DNA of 64,000 nt from an uncultured Planctomycetaceae bacterium (lineage in GTDB: Bacteria > Planctomycetota > Planctomycetia > Isosphaerales > Isosphaeraceae): positions 4,288,001 through 4,352,000 of the forward strand of contig CAWIAD010000002.1 of assembly GCA_963833985.1 (NCBI GenBank), read 5' to 3'. Numbering within the stretch: the stretch's first letter is position 1; each line of letters starts with the position of its first letter. The notes under the pieces were generated by a model. That model ran no database searches. It was not told the origin of the DNA and worked only from the letters and a program-made list of their open reading frames with translations. Below are positions 43,450-51,964 of this stretch, in pieces. The position numbers and the translations under genes were made by a program.

Positions 43450-44727
43450 TCAATCAAGCCGGCCGTTGTGGATATTGGTGATGTTGTCGCGCTTGCGCGT
43501 GCGGATCGTGGTATCGGTCGTGTTATGATAAACACTCATGTTTGTGTCGAGCGGCAACGGGTTGGAGACGTCCGGGTTGTACTGCCCGGCCACGCCGTAC
43601 TGACCATCCAGACCCGAGGAGATGATCTGGAAGCTCTGCGGGTTGTAAAATGTCGTGGCGCTGGTGACGGTGCCGGAGATCGGTGCCGAGGTCGTGCTGG
43701 TGTACGGGTTGGGCGCCGGCGAGAGGCAGACATTGTTCGCCACGGGAAACTTGACGAAGTAGCCCAGGTACGGGATAGAGCCATTCATGTCCACCTCCGC
43801 GTCCGGGGCCGTCGCGAAGTTCACGTCGTTGGGGTCGTAGCCGCCGTTGCCGTAGGCGCTGAAGTAGGCGTAGAAATTGATCTGGCCGTTGCCCAGCGTG
43901 TTGCCCAGCGAGTCGACGTAGCCGGGAATCTGGGGCAGGGTGAACGAGGTGTAAGGATTCGTCGGGTCGATCATCAGCCGGCCGGGGTTGAACTCGAAGA
44001 GCGGGGGCTGGCGGTTGCCGCTGTAGTTGGTGCTGCCGACGATGCTGTTGGTGAACGGATTGGTGGGGTCCTTGCCGAAGCCCGTGAGACCATAGCCGCT
44101 GTTGGTCTGGAGCGGCACACCACCCAGGAAGAAGACGAGGCACTCGTGCCCCTGGAGGATATAGGGAGCGTCCATCACCCCGTTGCCGTTGAAGTCGTAC
44201 CAGCGTCCTCCGGTAGGGATGGATCCGAAGTTGCCGGGATAGACGATCCCTTGCGTGTTGAAATTGACCCTGGGGAAGAACTTCCGCAGGGCAGAGATCG
44301 ACCGCTGCGCCAGTTGCCCGAGCGTGATATCGCCCACCGAGGTGCCCGCCGGAAGGTACGCTGTACTGTTCACGACGCTGTAGTCGCCGTTCTCAGCGAG
44401 GTAAACCCGGCTCGGCGGGTAGTCGCCGTACTGGCTCTTGAACTGCGCGAGCGCCTGGGCCATCTGGTTGATCTCGCCGCCCACGGCCGTATTCTTGGCC
44501 GACCGCAGGGCGGCGTTGATCGCCGGCAAGAGCAGGGCGATCAGCACCGCCAGGATGAGGATCACGACCAGCAGCTCCACCATGGTGAAGCCGCTTCTCC
44601 GTCGTGGTGATGCGATCGCACGCCGTGGGCGGGGAATAATGGGCAGTGGGCCGTGGGCCGTGGGCCGTGGCGGGAGACCACTGCCGGTGGCCCGAGAGTC
44701 GTCGATGGCCGTTTGCGGATTGCACAT
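43450..44727 (-). CDS. Large GspG/PulG-like prepilin-type protein (~425 aa)
   Basis: RSG|FTMVELLVVILILAVL, FKSQYGDYPP, FQIISSGLDGQYG, DNITN. Confidence 0.82.
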   Translation of the reverse strand: MCNPQTAIDDSRATGSGLPPRPTAHGPLPIIPRPRRAIASPRRRSGFTMVELLVVILILAVLIALLLPAINAALRSAKNTAVGGEINQMAQALAQFKSQYGDYPPSRVYLAENGDYSVVNSTAYLPAGTSVGDITLGQLAQRSISALRKFFPRVNFNTQGIVYPGNFGSIPTGGRWYDFNGNGVMDAPYILQGHECLVFFLGGVPLQTNSGYGLTGFGKDPTNPFTNSIVGSTNYSGNRQPPLFEFNPGRLMIDPTNPYTSFTLPQIPGYVDSLGNTLGNGQINFYAYFSAYGNGGYDPNDVNFATAPDAEVDMNGSIPYLGYFVKFPVANNVCLSPAPNPYTSTTSAPISGTVTSATTFYNPQSFQIISSGLDGQYGVAGQYNPDVSNPLPLDTNMSVYHNTTDTTIRTRKRDNITNIHNGRLD

Positions 44728-44793
44728 GTCACGCGGCTCCTCTGTATCCCTTTGGATGCGATGCGATCCCGTGGATTGATTGCCCAATGCCGC

Positions 44794-44901
44794 CTGCCTA
44801 CCGCCGCCCTGGTGGGCCTCGCCTTGCGGCTCGACCCACCCTACAAACTGCCTACCGCCGCCCTGGTGGGCCTCGCCTTGCGGCTCGACCCACCCTACAA
44901 A
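44794..44901 (-). repeat. Two perfect tandem 54-bp units, each with a GTAG-REP palindrome
   Basis: ctgcctaccgccgccctggtgggcctcgccttgcggctcgacccaccctacaaa twice. Confidence 0.92.
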
Positions 44902-44917
44902 GCTGCCCACTGCCGGA

Positions 44918-46159
44918 TCAGCCTGACAGCTTGGTGATGAGCGTGATCAGGGGCAGGAAGAGGGCGATCACGATGAAGCCGACGATGCCGCCCAGGACGA
45001 CGATCATGATCGGCTCGAGCAGGCTCACGAGCGACTCCACGGCCACTTCCACCTCTTCGTCGTAGTTGTCGGCAATCTTGTTGAGCATGGTGTCGAGCTC
45101 GCCGGTCTCCTCGCCGACGTCGATCATGTTGACCACGATGTCGTCGACGATGCGCGCCTTGCGCAGGGGCTGGGCGATGGTCTCGCCCTCGCGGATGCTC
45201 TCATAAATACGCGTGAACGCCCGCTCGAAGACCGCGTTGCCGGCGGTCTCCTTGACGATGTTCAGCGACTCGAGGATGGGCACGCCCGACTGCACCAGGG
45301 TGCCCAGGGTGCGCATCGTGCGCGCCACGGTGGACTTCTCGGCGATCGTCCCCATGACCGGTATCATGAGCAGGATCCGGTCGCAGACGTAGGCCCCCGT
45401 CTTGTTGCGGTATAATAACTTGATGAATACCCAGAACAGAAACGGAGTCAAGAAGACCACGTAGAAATACTTGATCAGGAAGTGGCTCGCATCGATGAGG
45501 ATGGTGGTCATGCGCGGCAGCGGGACGCCGAAATCTTTGAAGATCGATTCAAACTTGGGGATGATGTAATAAAGAATGAAGCCGACGATCGTGCAGGCGA
45601 CGAGGATGACCACGACCGGGTAGACCATGGCGCCCTTGATCTTCCGCTTCAGCGACTGGGCCTTTTCCTTGAAGTCGGCGAGCCGCTGGAGGATCGCCTC
45701 GAGGGCACCGCCGGCCTCGCCCGCCTTGATCATGTTGCAGTAGAGCCGGTCGAACGCCTTGGGGTGTTTCTGGAACGCCTCGGAGAGGGTCTGGCCGCTC
45801 TCGATGTCCTCGATCACGTCGCCCAGGGCGTTCTTGAGCACTCCGGGCTTCGACTGGCCTTCCAGGATCTTCAGGCTGCGGAGGATGGGCAGGCCGGCAT
45901 CCTGAAGCGTCGAGAGCTGGCGGGTGAAGGTGCAAAGCTGCTTGGTGGAGATCTTGCCGATCGTGAATGACTTCTTCTTCCGGCGGCCCCCCTTCTTGGC
46001 GGCCGACTTGCGGGTCTTCTTCGCCTTCTCAGAGATCTTGGTGACGAAGAAGCCCTTCTGGCGGATCAGTTGCTGGGCTTCTTCCTGGGTCGCGGCGTCG
46101 ATCGAGTCCTTGACCTCGCGCCCCGTGTGGTCCATCGCTTCATATTGAAAAGTCGGCAT
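44918..46159 (-). CDS. pilC: Type IV filament platform protein PilC/GspF
   Basis: FTRQLSTLQDAGLP, AGEAGGAL, GAMVYP, GEETGEL, LLEP. Confidence 0.93.
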   Translation of the reverse strand: MPTFQYEAMDHTGREVKDSIDAATQEEAQQLIRQKGFFVTKISEKAKKTRKSAAKKGGRRKKKSFTIGKISTKQLCTFTRQLSTLQDAGLPILRSLKILEGQSKPGVLKNALGDVIEDIESGQTLSEAFQKHPKAFDRLYCNMIKAGEAGGALEAILQRLADFKEKAQSLKRKIKGAMVYPVVVILVACTIVGFILYYIIPKFESIFKDFGVPLPRMTTILIDASHFLIKYFYVVFLTPFLFWVFIKLLYRNKTGAYVCDRILLMIPVMGTIAEKSTVARTMRTLGTLVQSGVPILESLNIVKETAGNAVFERAFTRIYESIREGETIAQPLRKARIVDDIVVNMIDVGEETGELDTMLNKIADNYDEEVEVAVESLVSLLEPIMIVVLGGIVGFIVIALFLPLITLITKLSG

Positions 46160-46208
46160 AAATGCTCTCCGTCAGGATGGAAAGGGGCCAGCGGCGCGTG
46201 CCTGGGGC

Positions 46209-47924
46209 TCAGATTTCCGTCATGGTTTCCCGGATGATCTCCTCGACGCTGGTGACCCCGCGATCGATGGCCTGGAGACCGGACTCGCGCAGGGTCCGCA
46301 TGCCGTACTTGCGGCAGGCGTTGCGGAACTCATCGAGTGAGACCTCGGAGACGACCATGTCGCGCAGGTTTTCGTTCATGATCGCCAGCTCGTAGATTCC
46401 CATCCGGCCCTTGTAGCCGGTGTTGTTGCACTTGTCGCAGCCCTTGCCATAGAACCACTTCTGGGCCGCGGCCTGCTCGGCGGTCAGCCCCAGCTCCATG
46501 ATCACCTCCTGGCTGGGGGTGAACTCGGTGCGGCAGAAGTTGCAGATCTTCCGCACCAGCCGCTGGGCCAGCATGGCCTCCACGGTGGCCGTGATGAGGA
46601 AGGTCGGCAGGCCCATGTCGCGCAGCCGGGTGATCGCCGAGGGGGCGTCGTTGGTGTGCAGCGTGGTGAAGACGATGTGGCCCGTGAGCGACGCCTGGAT
46701 CGAGATCTCGGCGGTCTCCAGGTCCCGCGTCTCGCCCACCAGGATCTTGTCCGGGTCCTGGCGGAGGATCGCCCGCAGGCAGTTGGCGAAGGTGACGCCG
46801 ATCTCGGGGTTGATCGGCACCTGCACGAGCCCCTCGATCTCGTACTCCACCGGCTCCTCGGTGGTGATGATCTTGTCCTCGATCTTGTTCAGCTCGTTGA
46901 GCGTGGCGTAGAGGGTGGTGGTCTTGCCCGACGACGTCGGCCCGGTCACCAAGATGATGCCGTTGGGCTTCATGATCACTTCCATCCACTTCGCCAGCGT
47001 GTCCTCGGGCATGCCCAGCTTGCGCAGGTCAAGCTGCACCACCGAGCGGTCGAGGATCCGCAACACCACGCTCTCGCCGAACATGGTGGGCAGGGTGGAG
47101 ACCCGGATGTCCACGTTGTTGCCGCCCAGGGCAAGCTGGATCTTGCCGTCCTGCGGCAGCCGGCGCTCGGCGATGTCAAGATTCGACATGACCTTGATGC
47201 GGCTGGCGATGGCCGGCGCCAGGTGCCGCGGGGGGGGCACTAGCTCGTAGAGGATGCCGTCCACCCGGTAGCGCATCTTGTATTCTTCCTCGAACGGCTC
47301 GAAGTGGATGTCCGAGGCCTTGTCCTTGATCGCCAGGAGCAGCACCATGTTCAGGAGCTTGCGCACCGGGGCCGCCTCGGCCATCTCCTCGATCGCCTCG
47401 AGGTCGATGGTGTTCTGGTTGCGGTTGGCCAGCTGCGCCAGGCCCTTGTCCTGCTCGATCTGCTTGACCACGTCCTGGATGGTCTCGTGGTGGCCGGCGT
47501 AGAGCCGCTCGATGGCCGACATCACGTCCGACTCGGACGCCACCGCCCCTTTGACCTCCACCCCCAGGAAGAGCCGCAGGCTGTCGATGGTCGAGGGGTT
47601 CTGGGGCTCGGCCATGGCCACCGTGACGCTCTTGTCCTTCTTGTTCTGCGAGACCGGCACCACCTTGTAGGCCGTGGCCATGCTCTCGTTGACCAGCTCG
47701 GTCATCTCGGCGGGAATGGTGGTGTCGGCGAGCTTGATCACCTTCATGCCGAGCTGCTCGCCGAGCGCCTTGAGCACCTGGTCTTCCTTCACCATCCCCA
47801 TGCGCACCGCGACCTTGCCCAGAAGCTCGGTGCCGGAGCGCTTCTGCTCCTCGAGCAGCTTCCAGAGGCCATCCTCGTCGAGGTAGCCCATGTCCACCAT
47901 GATCGTGCCGATGCGTCGCGCCAT
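46209..47924 (-). CDS. pilB: PilB/GspE-family assembly ATPase with MshEN-like N-terminus
   Basis: ASDIHFEP, PQDG, GPTSSGKTT, LRQDPD, LTGH, TLHTND, and four Zn-binding Cys. Confidence 0.9.
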   Translation of the reverse strand: MARRIGTIMVDMGYLDEDGLWKLLEEQKRSGTELLGKVAVRMGMVKEDQVLKALGEQLGMKVIKLADTTIPAEMTELVNESMATAYKVVPVSQNKKDKSVTVAMAEPQNPSTIDSLRLFLGVEVKGAVASESDVMSAIERLYAGHHETIQDVVKQIEQDKGLAQLANRNQNTIDLEAIEEMAEAAPVRKLLNMVLLLAIKDKASDIHFEPFEEEYKMRYRVDGILYELVPPPRHLAPAIASRIKVMSNLDIAERRLPQDGKIQLALGGNNVDIRVSTLPTMFGESVVLRILDRSVVQLDLRKLGMPEDTLAKWMEVIMKPNGIILVTGPTSSGKTTTLYATLNELNKIEDKIITTEEPVEYEIEGLVQVPINPEIGVTFANCLRAILRQDPDKILVGETRDLETAEISIQASLTGHIVFTTLHTNDAPSAITRLRDMGLPTFLITATVEAMLAQRLVRKICNFCRTEFTPSQEVIMELGLTAEQAAAQKWFYGKGCDKCNNTGYKGRMGIYELAIMNENLRDMVVSEVSLDEFRNACRKYGMRTLRESGLQAIDRGVTSVEEIIRETMTEI

Positions 47925-48291
47925 GCCTGTTCGTCCCGGTCTGGTCTGTCGCTGGAACCGAACCCTCCGCGCAGGGACCAAGCCGTTTCCCGCGCGGGGT
48001 TCGCTGCGTGCCGGTTTGTTGTGAGTGCAAGAAATTCAGAAAACGGACGGCGGAATCCAGAACGAACCCCGCCCTGACGGAGAATCAACCCGGAACAGGA
48101 CCGAGGTCGCGTCCCGCCGAAGCCAGCTCGAAGGCCCGATGCGGCCGGCCCGGCCGGGCCTCGCCCGCGGGGCAGGCCTGCCAGGCCCGGATGACGGCAT
48201 TCAATGATTCAATGACGATAATTTCTTAGACATCCTTACATTCGAATGACGGATCAGCGGGAGCACCGTGACAGCGGGCCGCGCGGGGGGC

Positions 48292-49404
48292 TCATTTCTC
48301 CTCTTCCTCCTCGCTCGCCTCGTCCTCGAAGATGCCCTTCTTGGCGTTCTCGATGCGTTCACGCAGATCGTTCGGCTTGCGGGACTTGAACATCACCTCG
48401 GTCTCCTCCACCAGGCCCTGGCGCCAGAGGTTGAAGAGGCTGTCGTCGAGGAGGATCATGCCGTGCTTGCGGCCGGTCTGGATGGACGAATCGATACGGT
48501 ACGTCTTGTTCTCGCGGATCAGGTTGGAGATCGCCGGCGTGACGACGAGCATCTCGTAGGCGGCCACCAGCCCCTTGGGTTTGCGTGGCAAGAGGGCCTG
48601 GGCCAGAATGCCGATGATCGCCACCGACAGCTGGGTGCGGATCTGGTCCTGCTGCTCCTTGGGGAAGACGTCGATGATCCGGTTGACGGTGCCTTCCGCC
48701 GAGTTGGTGTGCAGGGTGCCGAAGACGATGTGGCCCGTCTCGGCGGCGGTGATGGCCGCCTGGATGGTGGCCAGGTCGCGCATCTCACCCACCAGGATGA
48801 TGTCCGGGTCCATCCGCAGGGCGCGGCGGATCGCCTCGGGGAAGTCGGGCACATCAATGCCGATCTCGCGCTGGTTCACAAGCGACTTGTTGTGCTTGTG
48901 GAAGTACTCGATCGGATCCTCGATGGTGATGATGTGCCGGTCCATGTTGTTGTTGATCCAGTTGATCATCGAGGCCAGGCTGGTCGTCTTGCCCGACCCT
49001 GTCGGCCCGGTGACCAGGATCAGCCCGCGTGGACGCGTGATCAGGTTTCCGATCACCGCCGGCAGGCCAAGCTGCTCGAACGTCAGGAACTCGTTGGGGA
49101 TCCGCCGCAGCACCAGCCCCACGTTGCCGCGCTGCTTGAAGACCGCGACGCGGAACCGCGCCATCTCGCCAAAGGCGAAGCCGAAGTCGGTACCCCCCAC
49201 CTCCTGCAACTCTTGCTGGCAACGCTCCGGCGTGATGCTCTTCATGAGCGCCACGGTGTCCGGCGGCTCCAGGACCTTCGTCGCCAGTGGGCGCATGTGG
49301 CCATGCAACCGCACCACCGGCTGCTGGCCAACCGTCAGGTGCAGGTCACTGGCTTTCTGAGTGCAGACCGTTTGCAGCAGCTTGTCGATGAGCAACGTGC
49401 CCAT
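48292..49404 (-). CDS. pilT: Type IV pilus retraction ATPase PilT
   Basis: ASDLHL, GPTGSGKTT, TIEDPIEY, ALRMDPD, AAETGH, AISNLIRE. Confidence 0.93.
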   Translation of the reverse strand: MGTLLIDKLLQTVCTQKASDLHLTVGQQPVVRLHGHMRPLATKVLEPPDTVALMKSITPERCQQELQEVGGTDFGFAFGEMARFRVAVFKQRGNVGLVLRRIPNEFLTFEQLGLPAVIGNLITRPRGLILVTGPTGSGKTTSLASMINWINNNMDRHIITIEDPIEYFHKHNKSLVNQREIGIDVPDFPEAIRRALRMDPDIILVGEMRDLATIQAAITAAETGHIVFGTLHTNSAEGTVNRIIDVFPKEQQDQIRTQLSVAIIGILAQALLPRKPKGLVAAYEMLVVTPAISNLIRENKTYRIDSSIQTGRKHGMILLDDSLFNLWRQGLVEETEVMFKSRKPNDLRERIENAKKGIFEDEASEEEEEK

Positions 49405-49735
49405 TGCCGTCACAGACCTCCCACGGAGAGATGATTCCAGCCCACGCCCGCCGACTCGTGCCGATCATCCGGGGGTTGACTTTGTCCTGGAAACCAGGTG
49501 TCCACCGTATTCCAGAGCCTCGCGTTGGAGTTACGGAATGAGCTGTGCGGCTCACCTCACCCCCATTATCGGGCCCCCGAGTGATCAGATCAAGCTGATG
49601 GCGGTCCACAACTTCGGCGCACTTCACCCGTTCCAAACCAGAGCGGACCGGTGCGGCCTTCCTGGTCCGCCCTTTCCCGGCCGGGGGGGTTGGCACCCAC
49701 ACCGGCCGGTCATGGCCATACATGGAACTCCCGTC

Positions 49736-51473
49736 TCACTTCTTCGCGGTCAGCAGCCCCTCGCTGATCATGTCGTGCTGGGTGATCCGCAAGACCTCGT
49801 CAAGCGTCGTCTGGCCCTTGATCGCCTTCACGATCCCGTCCTCGAACAATGTGCCGCATCCCCTGCTTGCGAGCCACTCTACGAATAGACTGGGTGGACT
49901 CCCCCTTGAACGTCATCTCGCGCACCTGCGTGGTCAGGGTCATCAGCTCGAAGATGCCCATGCGGCCCCGATAGCCCTTCTTGTTGCAGTTGTTGCACCC
50001 CTTGCCCTTCATGAAGTTGGCCTTCTTGGCCAGCTCCGGCCGCAACCCCAAACTTGCCAGAATATGTGCCGGGGGCTCGTACCGCACCTTGCACTTGGGG
50101 CAAACTTTACGTACCAACCGTTGAGCCATGATCGCAAGCACCGAGCTGGCGACCAGGAATGGCTGGATCCCGATATCCACCAGACGTGTAATGGCACTGG
50201 GCGCATCGTTCGTGTGAAGCGTACTGAAAACCAGGTGTCCCGTCAGTGAGGCCTGGATTGCGGTCTCAGCCGTCTCCAGATCCCGGATTTCGCCGACCAG
50301 GAGGATGTTCGGGTTCTGCCGCAGCATGGCCCGGATGATCCGCGCGAAGGTCATGCCAATCTTCGCCTTCACCTCACATTGGTTCACACCTGGAAGATAG
50401 TACTCGACCGGGTCCTCGGCCGTGATGATCTTCACGTCCGGGCGATTCAGCTCGTTGAGCGCGGCGTACAGCGTGGTCGTCTTGCCCGAGCCGGTCGGCC
50501 CCGTCACCAGCAAGATCCCGTTCGGCCGCTTGACCATGGTCTTGAACCGTGCGAAATCATCGTCGGCGAACCCCAGGTCCTGGAGGCCCACCTTGATGTT
50601 CTCACGGTCCAGGATCCGCATCACCACCGACTGCCCATGCGTGGTTGGTAGAATGCTGACACGCAGGTCGATATCCTTGCCGGCGACCAAGATCTTGATC
50701 CGCCCGTCCTGCGGCCGGCGTTTCTCGGCAATATCGATCGAGCCCATGATTTTCAGGCGGCTGACGATGGCACCGAGCAGGCGGCGGGGTGCCGAGTCAC
50801 GCTCCATGAGCACGCCGTCGATGCGGTAACGGATCCGCACGCGGTCGGCGAAAGGCTCGATATGAATGTCGGAGGCGCGCATGGTGACCGCTTCCTGGAT
50901 GATCAGGTGCACCAGCTTGATGACCGGTGCGTCGCCCTCTTCCAGGGTGTTGGTCGTCGCGGATTTGCCGGTCGCACCGCCGTCCTCGGAGAAATCGATG
51001 GCCGTGTCGGTGAATTCCTGGAGCATCGAGTCGACCGATTCGGTCTCGCCACTGCTGGCCCCATAGTATTTATTGATCGCCTCGACGATGGCCTCCTTGG
51101 GCGCGAGCGCGACCTCGATCTCGCGATTGAGCACGAACCGCAGCTTCTCGATGGTCTCGAAGCCGAGCGGGTCGTGCATGATCACCTTGATCGAGCCGTT
51201 CCCCTGTGCCAGGGGCATGACGATATTCTCGCGGGCCAACGACTCGGGAACCAGCTCGATGACCGAGGCCGGGATCTCGATCTCGCGGAGCTCGACAAAC
51301 GGCAGCCCGTGCTGCTCGGCCTTGGCCTTCATGATGTCGTCGGCCTCGGCATATCCCAGCTTCACCAGGGAATCCTCGACCGATCCGCCCGCGCGCTGGG
51401 CTTCCTTGAGTTGATCGGGCCCGATGACGCCCCGCCGGATCAAGATGTCCGACCAGTCACGAGTCTTTGCCAT
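49736..51473 (-). CDS. pilB: Second PilB/GspE-family ATPase (apparent 1-nt insertion near 49855)
   Basis: GPTGSGKTT, TAEDPVEY, LVGEIRD. The C-terminus TLFEDGIVKAIKGQTTLDEVLRIT is in a shifted frame. Confidence 0.9.
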
Positions 51474-51964
51474 GGGTGATGAGCTCCAGGGAGGAATATC
51501 GAGCCCGGACCGGCGCAGCGCAGTGGCCACGACCGCTCGCTCGGTCCCCTTGACCGCGTTTGCAAATAGGTGACCCCGCCCGCGCGCTCACCGAGCGCGA
51601 GAATCTGGCATAGCGTCAGGTACGGCTGCACGATTCCTGCTGTGACTACAAGGCGACCGACACGGTCCAACCAGACTGCGGGCATCCGACGGGAATGAAA
51701 AATCGATGATGACTCCTAAGCTTACCAAGCCGTTGGACTTTGAGCAAGCGAATACGAGGGAATTCGCGATCCCGGAAGTCTCCCGCAGGCAGCCTGGCGC
51801 GTGATCGCAGCAACGAGGTGCGCCGTCATCATCGACCTATCCCGGTGGCCGTTCCGGTGCAACGGCCGCGTCGGGAAGTTCCAGCCGCTTCTCAGCCGGC
51901 GCGCAATCCACTAAACTCGACTTCCAGGGTCTGCTCGCACGCGTCTCGACCGAGGAAAGCCGCC

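Noticed and set aside
38653..44901. Tandem 53/54-bp repeats as CRISPR arrays
   Set aside because: Only two units each, with identical 'spacers', REP-like GTAG palindromes and no cas genes.
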